Assembly: GCA_037134875.1 (NCBI GenBank)
Contig: JBAXLH010000002.1
Coordinates: 27,719 to 91,718 of the forward strand
From: a bacterium
GTDB lineage: Bacteria; Patescibacteriota; Minisyncoccia; Phycocordibacterales; DATDWN01
DNA length: 64,000 nucleotides
Direction: 5' to 3'
Below the pieces are notes generated by a model. The model was not told the DNA's origin, ran no database searches, and saw only the letters and a program-made list of their open reading frames with translations. The first letter of the stretch is position 1. Every line of letters starts with the position of its first letter. Positions 47,512-56,911 of this stretch are shown in pieces. The position numbers were made by a program, and so were the translations under genes.

Positions 47512-49020
47512 ATGGCAGATATAAAGGATCTACTTTCCCTACTCCAAAATCCAACAGATAAAGAAAAAGAGCTTGTTCAAAAAGCCTATGATTTTGCCTA
47601 TGAGGCACACAAAAACCAAAAAAGACTCTCTGGAGAGCCATATTTCAGCCATGTTTTCGCCACAGCCACATATATTGCCGAACTCGGAATGGGAGCAACG
47701 ACTGTTTCCGCCGGACTTTTGCACGACACCTTGGAGGATACACCTACTACACCAGAAGAAATTGAGAAAGAATTCGGAAAAGAAATTCGCTTTTTGGTAG
47801 AAGGTGTGACAAAACTCGGCACGATCAAATACCAAAATACGAGTCGTCACAATGAATCACTACGAAAACTTTTTGTGGCAATGTCACAAGATATTCGCGT
47901 ACTCATTATCAAACTCTGTGACAGACTACATAATATGCAGACTTTGCGATATATACCAAAAGAAAAACAACTTCGTATTGCAAAAGAAACCCTCGAAATC
48001 TACGCACCGCTCGCATATAGACTTGGTATCAAAAAACTCCAACGAGATTTGGAAGATTTGGCATTTCAATATATATATCCAGAAGAAAGTGAAAAAATAA
48101 AAAAACTGTTCAACATAAAAAAGAATGAGCAGGAAGAGCATTTGGACAAGTTCCAAAAATCACTCAAAAAAGAGCTCGCAAAAAATGAAATTACAAATTT
48201 CAAAATGGATCATCGCGTCAAAAGTATTTATTCTCTCTACAAAAAACTGAAAAGGTATGAAATGAATATCGAAACTATTTACGATATTTCAGCTCTTCGT
48301 ATTATTGTCCCCGAAGTCTCTGATTGTTACAGAATTCTAGGTATCATTCATGGAGAATGGCGACCACTACCCGGTAAAATCAAAGACTATATCGCAACAC
48401 CAAAACTTTCCGGCTATCAGTCTCTGCACACAACCATCTTTAGCGGTGATGGTGGAATTATCGAAATTCAAATCAGAACAGAAGATATGCACAAAGAAGC
48501 CGAGTATGGTATCGCATCACATATGTCATACAAAGATGGCTTGAAAAAGAAAAAAACAAATCCGAATCTGCTGTGGGTCAAAAAAATCCTGCCTATAAAA
48601 AATATTGATGAAATAGATACGAGTAAAAATCTGGATGTAAAAGACATTCCGACGTGGATTAAAGAACTTGTTGAATACCAAAAAGCAAGTGGGGATGAAT
48701 CTATGGAAGAAATCAAGTCAGACTTTTTCGAGGAGAGAATTTTTGTGTTTACCCCAAAGGGAGACGTGATTGATTTACCTGTAAACTCATCTGTGATTGA
48801 TTTTGCGTACAGTGTGCATTCTGATATTGGAAACCATCTCTCTGGCGCAAAGGTCAATGGAAAATTTACTGCCATTTATACAGTCTTGCAAAACGGTGAT
48901 AGAGTTGAAATTGAGACCAAAAAAACGGCTAAACCAAGCCATAAATGGCTGGAATTCTGCAAAACGACCATGGCAAAAAGGCATATTAGAAACACTCTCG
49001 GTATTACAAACAAAAACTAG
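47512..49020 (+). CDS. RelA/SpoT-family (p)ppGpp synthetase/hydrolase (HD-SYNTH-TGS)
   Basis: SGEPY, LHDTLED, DRLHNM, KDYIA, YQSLHT, EIQIRT, FTPKG. Confidence 0.95.
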   Translation: MADIKDLLSLLQNPTDKEKELVQKAYDFAYEAHKNQKRLSGEPYFSHVFATATYIAELGMGATTVSAGLLHDTLEDTPTTPEEIEKEFGKEIRFLVEGVTKLGTIKYQNTSRHNESLRKLFVAMSQDIRVLIIKLCDRLHNMQTLRYIPKEKQLRIAKETLEIYAPLAYRLGIKKLQRDLEDLAFQYIYPEESEKIKKLFNIKKNEQEEHLDKFQKSLKKELAKNEITNFKMDHRVKSIYSLYKKLKRYEMNIETIYDISALRIIVPEVSDCYRILGIIHGEWRPLPGKIKDYIATPKLSGYQSLHTTIFSGDGGIIEIQIRTEDMHKEAEYGIASHMSYKDGLKKKKTNPNLLWVKKILPIKNIDEIDTSKNLDVKDIPTWIKELVEYQKASGDESMEEIKSDFFEERIFVFTPKGDVIDLPVNSSVIDFAYSVHSDIGNHLSGAKVNGKFTAIYTVLQNGDRVEIETKKTAKPSHKWLEFCKTTMAKRHIRNTLGITNKN

Positions 49021-50114
49021 ATTGAGAAATTTTTGATGGAATACATCTCGCCATCATCTATATCTGTGTTTTCTTCTTTTTTGATTTCCTCTGGACTCCT
49101 GTCATCCAAACTTTCTGGCTCTGACTCGGTCTGATCTGTATTTTCGGATTTTTCTGGAGATGTTGCGGTATCATTTTTTGCCAAAGCATTTTTGTAGCGA
49201 GGCAATTTCATAATGGATTCGTTGACCGGTGGTTCAGGATTTTTTTCTATAAACTTGTCCAGCATTTCTGTTGGTGATTTTGGTTTGTTTGATTTTATTA
49301 ACTCCAAAATACTGTTGAGATCGTCTTGAGAAAAGAAATCTATCATAATTTTTCCTCCGTGTTCTTTCTTTTCAATTGACACCCGTGTTCCCAAAGTCTC
49401 GGTCAATTTTTCCTCCATTTCCTGAGTTTCAATATCGAGTGTAAAACCTTTTTTGTGTGTTTTATCATATGCAATTCTCCGAGCGATTGATTCTGCTTCT
49501 CGCACGGTCAATTTTTTAAACATTATTTCCTTGAACAACGTCATTTGCTCCTCTGGTCTGTCAGCGAGAGTCATAAGAGGTCTCGTGTGTCCCTCGGAAA
49601 TCTTACCGGTAGACAATGCGTCCAAAATTTCCGGGGAGAGAGCAAGAATACGCAACGTGTTGGTAACATACACGCGACTCTTGCCAACTTTCTCAGCAAT
49701 GGTGCTATGTTTGAAACCAAATTCATTTACCAGACGCTCAAATGCTCTAGCCCTGTCTACAGGATTGAGATCTTCGCGTTGAACATTTTCAATAATAGCA
49801 AGCTCGAGCTTCATCAGGTCATTTTCCTCGTCACCCACTTTGATAAGACATGGTACCTGCTGAAGACCGGCAATTCTCGATGCACGCAAACGACGCTCCC
49901 CCGCGATGAGCTCGTACTCCACAGCCAAACCTCCATCCTCTTTTGGAACTTCTTTACGAGTCACGACGAGTGCCTGCAAAACGCCATACTGCCGAATAGA
50001 GTCGGCAAGCGACTGAAGTTGCATCTCGTCAAACTCACGCCGAGGCTGAAATGGATTCGGGTGAATCTTGTCAACGTCAATCCAAAAAACTGAATCATTA
50101 TAAAATTGCGACAT
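49017..50114 (-). CDS. parB: chromosome partitioning protein ParB
   Basis: PNPFQPR, LIAGERRLRA, IENVQREDL, HTH. Confidence 0.95.
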   Translation of the reverse strand: MSQFYNDSVFWIDVDKIHPNPFQPRREFDEMQLQSLADSIRQYGVLQALVVTRKEVPKEDGGLAVEYELIAGERRLRASRIAGLQQVPCLIKVGDEENDLMKLELAIIENVQREDLNPVDRARAFERLVNEFGFKHSTIAEKVGKSRVYVTNTLRILALSPEILDALSTGKISEGHTRPLMTLADRPEEQMTLFKEIMFKKLTVREAESIARRIAYDKTHKKGFTLDIETQEMEEKLTETLGTRVSIEKKEHGGKIMIDFFSQDDLNSILELIKSNKPKSPTEMLDKFIEKNPEPPVNESIMKLPRYKNALAKNDTATSPEKSENTDQTESEPESLDDRSPEEIKKEENTDIDDGEMYSIKNFSI

Positions 50115-50126
50115 ACCTATATTTTA

Positions 50127-51146
50127 TCACGTTACTATCTCGGGCTCAACTTCCAGATGAATGTCAAACACTTTTAAAACTTTTGTCTGTATTTTTTTAA
50201 TTAAAGCTCGTAAATCTGTTGGTTTGGCAGGTTTTTTTAATATAATAACCAAAGCATTCTTGTGATATATTCCAGCACTCCCAAGCCAGATACCTTTAAA
50301 ATCACATCTGTCAATAAGAAACCCTGCCGGAATTTTTATTTTACTATCAGATTCAAAATGAGGAACATCCGGAAATTTTTTCTGTATTTTTTTTAATTTA
50401 TTTTTTGAGACAAACGGATTTTTGAAGAAAGATCCACAGTTTGGAATTTTTTTTGGATCGGGAAGTTTTGATTTTCGTATGTCAATGATTGTCTTGTAAA
50501 TTGCAATCAGCTTGTTATCGCCTTTTCTTACATATTTATCTACAAGCTCCGATACACCTGTATATGTTGGAACTTTTGGTTCTTTTTTTGATAATTCAAA
50601 TAGTACCGAAACAATAATGGCTTTATTTTTGAGTGATTTTTTAAAAATACTATCTCGATACGAAAAATCACACTCCGTGTTTTTAAGTGATTTTATTTGA
50701 AAATCTTTTGTATCAAAATAAGAAACATTTTTAATTGTATCTTTTACTTCACATCCATATGCACCAACATTTTGGACAGGAGTAGCACCGACAGTCCCAG
50801 GAATAAGAGAGAGTGACTCGATACCGGAATAACCAGACTCGACAGCCCACGTAACAAATGTGTGCCACATAAAACCTGCACCGACTTCTACAAGGACGGT
50901 ATCCGAATTTTCTTTAATTATCTGCAAAAAATTAATTCTATTCAAAATCACAATACCGTCCCAATTTTTTGTTAAAACTATATTTGATCCTCCTCCAAGA
51001 ATTAGAGTCTTTAATTTTTCTTTTTTTGCAAAATGAATTGCTTTCTTTAGATCTATATTATTTTGTACCACACAAAAATATTTTGAAAACACATCAAACC
51101 CTAGAGTTGTATATTTTTTAAGTGATCTATTTTTATATATATTCAT
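50127..51146 (-). CDS. murB: UDP-N-acetylmuramate dehydrogenase
   Basis: LGGGSN, IPGTVGA..QNVGAYG, FSYRDS, GSFFKNP, LEVE. Confidence 0.95.
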   Translation of the reverse strand: MNIYKNRSLKKYTTLGFDVFSKYFCVVQNNIDLKKAIHFAKKEKLKTLILGGGSNIVLTKNWDGIVILNRINFLQIIKENSDTVLVEVGAGFMWHTFVTWAVESGYSGIESLSLIPGTVGATPVQNVGAYGCEVKDTIKNVSYFDTKDFQIKSLKNTECDFSYRDSIFKKSLKNKAIIVSVLFELSKKEPKVPTYTGVSELVDKYVRKGDNKLIAIYKTIIDIRKSKLPDPKKIPNCGSFFKNPFVSKNKLKKIQKKFPDVPHFESDSKIKIPAGFLIDRCDFKGIWLGSAGIYHKNALVIILKKPAKPTDLRALIKKIQTKVLKVFDIHLEVEPEIVT

Positions 51147-51205
51147 AGTATTTCTGTTATCCACAGCCTCATCTTATATTATATCATATATGATATAATC
51201 AAAAT

Positions 51206-52714
51206 ATGACAACAATAAAAATCGGAGAAATTATAAAACAAGCTCGGGAATACAAAAACCTTACCCAAGGAGAATTGGCAAAGAAATTACATACATCTCA
51301 ATCAGCGGTTGCAAGAATGGAAAAAGGAGAACAAAATCTAACAGCGGAACAGATTTCAAAAATCAGTAATATTTTAGGAAAATCTCTTGTAAAGATAGAA
51401 GGTGAAATGGATGATTTCAAAATAGAAGGAGGGAGAAAACTCTCTGGCTTCATACAAACAAACACCTCAAAAAATGGTGCTCTCGGACTCTTTTGTGCTT
51501 CCCTGCTCAACAAACAACCGACATTATTACACGGAATTCCTCACATTGAAGAAATCTCTCGCATTATAGAAATTTTTGAAAGTATCGGTGTAAAAATAGA
51601 ATGGGTAGCACACAATTCTGTTCGAATAATTCCTCCAAAAAAATTCTTCTTGAAAAATTTAAACGCAGAAAGTGCCGGAAAGATTCGATCTGTTCTTATG
51701 GTTATTGGTTCACTTATTCATTATGAAAAAAAATTTAGCATTCCACATGCCGGTGGTTGTAATATGGGACAGAGAACAATCGCTGCACACAGATATGGCT
51801 TTGAATCCCTTGGTGTCGATATCCAAACAAAAAATGACTGTTATGAAGTAACTCACAAAAAACTAAAACCTGCCGATATTGTCTTGTATGAGGCATCAGA
51901 TACTGCCACAGAAAATCTCCTCATTGCCTCAGCGCTAATTCCGGGAATAACAACTCTCAGATTTACTCCTCCAAATTATCAAGTCCAAGAAGTTTGTTTT
52001 TTCCTACAAAAATGTGGCGTAAAAATAGATGGAATCGGTACCAGTACACTCATTATACACGGCATAAAAGAGATAAATATTCCAATAGAATATTGGAATA
52101 GTGAAGATCCAACAGAATCAATGATGTTCATTGCGTCGGCAATAGTAACAAACTCCACACTGACAATTACCCGTTGTCCAATTGATTTTCTTTCTCTCGA
52201 ACTTTTGAAATTGGAAAAAATGGGTCTCATATATAGAACATCAAAAATATATATGGCAAAAAACGAACATACACGACTGTGTGATATTGTCATTTATCCT
52301 TCCAAACTAAAAGCTTCTCGTGACAAAATACACGCCTCGGCCTATCCAGGTATAAATACAGACAATCTTCCCTTCTTTGTGCCCATAGTAACTCAGGCAG
52401 AAGGCACGACGCTCATTCACGACTGGATGTGGGAAAATAGAGCAATATATTTCACAGAACTTAATCGACTTGGTGCCGATATCATCCTAGCAGATCCTCA
52501 TAGGGTTTTTGTTACTGGCCCAAGAATACTCAAAGCAAATCAAATCGTTTGCCCGCCCGCGCTCAGACCGTCAACAATTATTCTTGTTGCAATGCTTGGT
52601 GCAAAAGGAACTTCCATTTTACGCAATGTATATGCCATCAATCGCGGATACGAAAATATTGCCGAGCGACTAAACTCGATCGGTGCAAATATAAAACTAT
52701 TAAATGAATTCTAA
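51206..52714 (+). CDS. murA: UDP-GlcNAc 1-carboxyvinyltransferase with N-terminal XRE HTH
   Basis: LTQGELA..SQSAVARMEKG then SKNG, GGCNMGQR, YPGINTD, INRGYE. Confidence 0.92.
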   Translation: MTTIKIGEIIKQAREYKNLTQGELAKKLHTSQSAVARMEKGEQNLTAEQISKISNILGKSLVKIEGEMDDFKIEGGRKLSGFIQTNTSKNGALGLFCASLLNKQPTLLHGIPHIEEISRIIEIFESIGVKIEWVAHNSVRIIPPKKFFLKNLNAESAGKIRSVLMVIGSLIHYEKKFSIPHAGGCNMGQRTIAAHRYGFESLGVDIQTKNDCYEVTHKKLKPADIVLYEASDTATENLLIASALIPGITTLRFTPPNYQVQEVCFFLQKCGVKIDGIGTSTLIIHGIKEINIPIEYWNSEDPTESMMFIASAIVTNSTLTITRCPIDFLSLELLKLEKMGLIYRTSKIYMAKNEHTRLCDIVIYPSKLKASRDKIHASAYPGINTDNLPFFVPIVTQAEGTTLIHDWMWENRAIYFTELNRLGADIILADPHRVFVTGPRILKANQIVCPPALRPSTIILVAMLGAKGTSILRNVYAINRGYENIAERLNSIGANIKLLNEF

Positions 52715-52760
52715 AAATTAAAATCTTAAGTTGATTGAAGTATTGATTTGTTGACTATGT

Positions 52761-53165
52761 TTGTGTTATGGTGGCACCGGAATCAAACCTATGGACACTT
52801 CCAGTATTGATATGGAAATTATATTTGAAGGAATAGACAACCATACTCTCAGCGGACGGAAAATATTACAGATCCCTAAGCAAAATAATTTGAACATCCT
52901 AAGTCAGCAAGAAGTCCTTGAACTTTTCGAGACCAATAGTCCGGTTTTGGAGCGATTCAAGGTGTACAACCTTCTTCGCCGACCAGTTTTTATTTTTTGT
53001 AATGAAATGTTTCCTACTCCACATTCTGATGTAGCAAGTGGAGACAAAAGTGTATGGTATTTCTGTTGGATAGAAACATTTAACTCTTGGTACAAGTGCC
53101 ATTGGAGGGTTGAAGACACATGGAACGTAACAGTGGCAATATTAGTCAATCGCACCAGTAGATAG
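52761..53165 (+). CDS. hypothetical protein
   Basis: ~125-134-aa ORF ending in a terminator (cgcacc..ggtgcg-tttttt). Confidence 0.55.
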   Translation: MCYGGTGIKPMDTSSIDMEIIFEGIDNHTLSGRKILQIPKQNNLNILSQQEVLELFETNSPVLERFKVYNLLRRPVFIFCNEMFPTPHSDVASGDKSVWYFCWIETFNSWYKCHWRVEDTWNVTVAILVNRTSR

Positions 53166-53176
53166 GTGCGTTTTTT

Positions 53177-53322
53177 GTGCCGGAGGGGAGAAGACTTGGT
53201 CAGGAATATTTTATTCGCCGTCGCTCATAAAATTTCCCGACCCGGCCTTCGCGACCAAGTCTGCTGACTTGGTACCCGCTCCGGCTTTCAAGTCTCCCAC
53301 GCAAAGCTTCGCTTTGCTTCCT
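53177..53322 (-). repeat. miniature tRNA-Leu-associated structured element with duplicated tRNA 3' end
   Basis: gtgccggaggggaga (53177-53191) is identical to 58457-58471; ttcaagtctccc (53287-53298) is an inverted copy of the T-arm. Confidence 0.75.
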
Positions 53323-53614
53323 GTGCGTTTATTTTACCAAATCCGAACCTGTTTTCAAAATAGCAATGTTGGCAATGACAACATCGGCAAGTAATGTGCC
53401 ACGCTCCACGCCTGTGGTGATGTGAAGCTAATCGTACGCAAAAGAATTCCGTCACGCCGTAGCGTCCACTACAGCGAACCTCACCGAGCACCTACAGGTG
53501 CTCGTCTCGTCTCGCTTCCGTTCCCGCTCCGTCGTTCCGCCCTCGCCTTTCCCCGCATCCATGCTTTTTTGTTTGCGGCGGTTTTTGAATTTTTTTTGGA
53601 ATGGCGCGGGGAAA
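53323..53614 (+). repeat. 292-bp inverted repeat, copy 1 (partner 56305-56597)
   Basis: Manual alignment shows two substitutions and one homopolymer indel. Confidence 0.95.
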
Positions 53615-53817
53615 GCTCGGGCGGGTTTCCTCTAAGGAGGAAACTGACGGAATTCACTGCTACGTTATCTGCACTTCAGTGACAACTCTAACATAATCAT
53701 TCGCCTCGGACATTCCTTTGGGCTAGTGGTGATATAAACATTGTGGTTATGTAACGACGCCCAAAACGGAATATGTCCGAAGCTACAAAACAAAAACACA
53801 AGACATTGAAATTGTTA

Positions 53818-54096
53818 CTACTTATGTTTTTTGTTTAAAATTTCATCTCTTTCACCGAACCTAAATAATTGTTGATCTTCAACAATACGATAATCATGTT
53901 TTACCACAGCGGCATAGACAGTAGCCTCATCAACATCCTGGCAGGTGTTTAAATCGTTATCTACCCATAAAAATGATCCATTCTCGGTCTGTAAAAAATA
54001 CTTAGACCCCCCTAAGTCTTTTAGCACAGCAAAGACCTTGACCTTCTGATTATCTCGATCAATACCTTTTTTCATTTCAAAATTTCCTTCATTCAT
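53818..54096 (-). CDS. small hypothetical protein, candidate immunity protein
   Basis: 92-aa ORF starting 5 bp after the large cargo gene. Confidence 0.7.
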   Translation of the reverse strand: MNEGNFEMKKGIDRDNQKVKVFAVLKDLGGSKYFLQTENGSFLWVDNDLNTCQDVDEATVYAAVVKHDYRIVEDQQLFRFGERDEILNKKHK

Positions 54097-54101
54097 AATT
54101 A

Positions 54102-56210
54102 TTATTCTATAATATTAATTTTATCACGCCAAACGGGATTATTTCTTAGTTCATCCAAAAAACTAGTATCTTCTTCACTTGCATTTGTCAGTGCTGATCG
54201 AGGAATATTTATACTTTCTATATTTTCAAATTTAGGATTTCTGATCTGTGCTTCAAGATACCCATTAAGTGCGGGGCCAACATGAGATTGATTCTTGGCT
54301 TCAGCTTGACGTTTAAGGTCAACAGCTATTAGGGCTTTTGCAAGTGGGGCGTGATCAGCTGATATTTGTCTGCTTCTTGGATTTTCCACATTTTCATATT
54401 CATCTTCTAAAGCCCTATTTCCCTTAAAGCCAGAACCCTTGCTTTTAATTGTTTTGTTAGTCTTACCCGTAACGAAATTTATACCTTGTGCTTCCATTGA
54501 ATCTCCTTCTGTATATGAAGTTTCTGTGTCGGCCTTAAACTTGATGAATATGTCTCCATATTGTTTAGCCCCTCCGTACATATTTTCGTTATTAAAATCA
54601 TGAGCGTATGCACCATATAGCACAACTTCATTGCCATCCCGCCTGACACCCAATGCTTCTTCAACTGCTTTTCTCTTATTATAATATCTAGGACTTAACG
54701 ACCTAAACATTTTCTTCTTTTCGCTAGCACTCAATCCAAATACATCCTTGAATTCTCCAGAGTCAATAACTTTGCGAATTGAACCCATGCTGGTATTGAC
54801 GCTAATAAAACCTGTAGATTGACTGCGTTCAAATTCACTATTAAGCATTTCCGTGAGTTGTTCACGGCTGATTGTTTTTCGAAAATCCTGTCTAGAAACT
54901 GTAGCTTGCTCGTTTGCCTCTCTCGCTAATTGATAAGCTTGCTCGTCTACTCGCCCATCGACGGTCTCTAGTTCATACATATCAGCCAGTGAATCACGAA
55001 TATTTTGGAAAGATCTTTGAAGAGCCTCTCGTTTATCTTCCGGAGCTTCTGCAAGGGCACTATCTTGGTTTTTGGATGATACACCAAAATTTTTATAAAC
55101 ATTATTTTCTAGATATGTAGACATGTCTTCTTCTGGCGATAGGATAGTATCAAATTTTTGGGCAATTGGTGCTTCTGTCACATGAGTAGCAATTTCTTGA
55201 AGAGGAGTTTTTGGTTCGGCCCGAACATCTGGTTTGTGATCAAAACCTTCCGTATTGTTTATCACATCCCCATGACTCTGTGTCATATCTTCTGGCACGT
55301 GTCTCTCAAGGCCTTCTTTTGTTTCAGTCGCTTCAACTGGAATTGTCTTTTCCGTAATGACTGAAGTTTCTGGGGTTTCTGTTGGCTCAAACTGTTTTAT
55401 TTTTTCATATACAACTTTATTATCTTCTAAGCTACCTTCAGAAATTGGTAGAGATTTAACTACAGATTCAGTAACTTGTACTTCTGGAACTGGTATTGCT
55501 TCTTTCTGAAGATCTTTTAATTCAGTCTGTTGCTCTACTTTTTCAACAACAGATTGTTTTTCTGGTAACCCTTCGATATTTACTAGTTTTTCTTCTCTCT
55601 GCTGATCTGGTTTATACTCATCAACAGCGTGTGGAATTTTTAGTGTATAGATATTTTTACTTTCGTTTAATGTCGTATTCCTAAGATCAAGTAGGTTACT
55701 AATTCTTGGAGCATTTTCTGTTTTTAGGAGTTCTTTTTGTTCAGGACTTCTTGCTAAATTAAATCTTGGTGATTGTAAAGGCACTCGTCCTCTACCTGTC
55801 TCATTCGGTAAAGAATTTTGCTTGTTTCCCGAAATTAATTGAGGTTTTTGTTTATTACCGCCAATCGTATTCCCGGCTGAATTTCCACCTGGAATTTTTG
55901 CTAAAACTTTTTTAGCTTTTGAATCAAAATATAATTTAACGATAGTCAATGTACATTCTGGTAGCATATTAACAATTGGGATAAATCCAATAACAGCTCC
56001 AGCGATCATGGTTTTTTTAGAATATGTTTCCCCATTCATTTTGAAAACGAGCCAAAACGTAGCAAAAGCGAAACCATCTATAAACATGGCTAATATTTCA
56101 CCTGCTATCGGTATTAGACTTATAAGAGCTTCGAGCGTATCAAAAAATAGTGCGGTTCCAATTAAAACCATCCATGTCCCTTTTCCAATATTAGATTTAT
56201 TCTCTTCCAC
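54102..56210 (-). CDS. membrane-anchored protein with acidic linker and C-terminal DUF3626-like putative toxin domain
   Basis: TM segments, E/T/P-rich spacer, then LYGAY..QYG..SYTEGDS..YLEAQI; start set at a GTG behind TTGAGA-17-TATAAT. Confidence 0.7.
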   Translation of the reverse strand: MEENKSNIGKGTWMVLIGTALFFDTLEALISLIPIAGEILAMFIDGFAFATFWLVFKMNGETYSKKTMIAGAVIGFIPIVNMLPECTLTIVKLYFDSKAKKVLAKIPGGNSAGNTIGGNKQKPQLISGNKQNSLPNETGRGRVPLQSPRFNLARSPEQKELLKTENAPRISNLLDLRNTTLNESKNIYTLKIPHAVDEYKPDQQREEKLVNIEGLPEKQSVVEKVEQQTELKDLQKEAIPVPEVQVTESVVKSLPISEGSLEDNKVVYEKIKQFEPTETPETSVITEKTIPVEATETKEGLERHVPEDMTQSHGDVINNTEGFDHKPDVRAEPKTPLQEIATHVTEAPIAQKFDTILSPEEDMSTYLENNVYKNFGVSSKNQDSALAEAPEDKREALQRSFQNIRDSLADMYELETVDGRVDEQAYQLAREANEQATVSRQDFRKTISREQLTEMLNSEFERSQSTGFISVNTSMGSIRKVIDSGEFKDVFGLSASEKKKMFRSLSPRYYNKRKAVEEALGVRRDGNEVVLYGAYAHDFNNENMYGGAKQYGDIFIKFKADTETSYTEGDSMEAQGINFVTGKTNKTIKSKGSGFKGNRALEDEYENVENPRSRQISADHAPLAKALIAVDLKRQAEAKNQSHVGPALNGYLEAQIRNPKFENIESINIPRSALTNASEEDTSFLDELRNNPVWRDKINIIE

Positions 56211-56304
56211 AATATGTCTATTATATAACAGACTAAAATCAATCTCAATAAAATTTATGAGGTAATTACTTATCTGCTTATCAATATGATATTGATCCTT
56301 AAAA

Positions 56305-56741
56305 TTTCCCCGCGCCATTCCAAAAAAAAATTCAAAAACCGCCGCAAACAAAAAAGCATGGATGCGGGGAAATGCGAGGGCGGAACGACGGAGCGGGAAC
56401 GGAAGCGAGCCGAGACGAGCACCTGTAGGTGCTCGGTGAGGTTCGCTGTAGTGGACGCTACGGCGTGACGGAATTCTTTTGCGTACGATTAGCTTCACAT
56501 CACCACAGGCGTGGAGCGTGGCACATTACTTGCCGATGTTGTCATTGCCAACATTGCTATTTTGAAAACAGGTTCGGATTTGGTAAAATAAACGCACCTT
56601 AAACGAACTAAAGGGTTCTGAACCCGAACCCAAGCGGAACGCGCAAAGCGCGTGCCAAGGATTTTTTGGCGGGATTGCAAGGGAATTTCCCGAATCCAGC
56701 GCGCTCACCGCTACTTTTTTTTCGCCGAGGAGGAGGTTCGA
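56305..56741 (-). repeat. internal inverted attP-like junction joining both island ends
   Basis: 56305-56597 is the reverse complement of 53323-53614; 56594-56705 is the exact reverse complement of 58349-58460; the two overlap on GTGC. Confidence 0.9.
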
Positions 56742-56773
56742 AATCAGAAGCAATTTTGACTAATTTATTTTGC

Positions 56774-56893
56774 TTGCAAGACAAAAAGAATTTTTGCTAT
56801 ACTATGTTTGCAACCAACTGATCGAAAGGCTTTTTTAATGGCCGTCTTGGACAATTCGAAGCTTTTCGAGTTGGTTGCACCAGGACGGCCATT
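56774..56893 (+). promoter_or_regulatory. recombinase promoter and structured 5' leader
   Basis: TTGCAA-18-TATACT followed by two interleaved inverted-repeat pairs. Confidence 0.55.
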
Positions 56894-56911
56894 TAAGTTT
56901 TCAAAATATAT

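Noticed and set aside
53680-53760. Integron attC site (ctctaac ... gtt)
   Set aside because: Boxes are not properly complementary, there is only one copy, and no tyrosine integrase is present
56211-56498. N-terminal 96-aa extension of the 798-aa ORF, and the twin ORF 53422-53682
   Set aside because: Both are translations of the inverted repeat; the copies differ by a frameshift and a promoter sits just before the GTG at 56210
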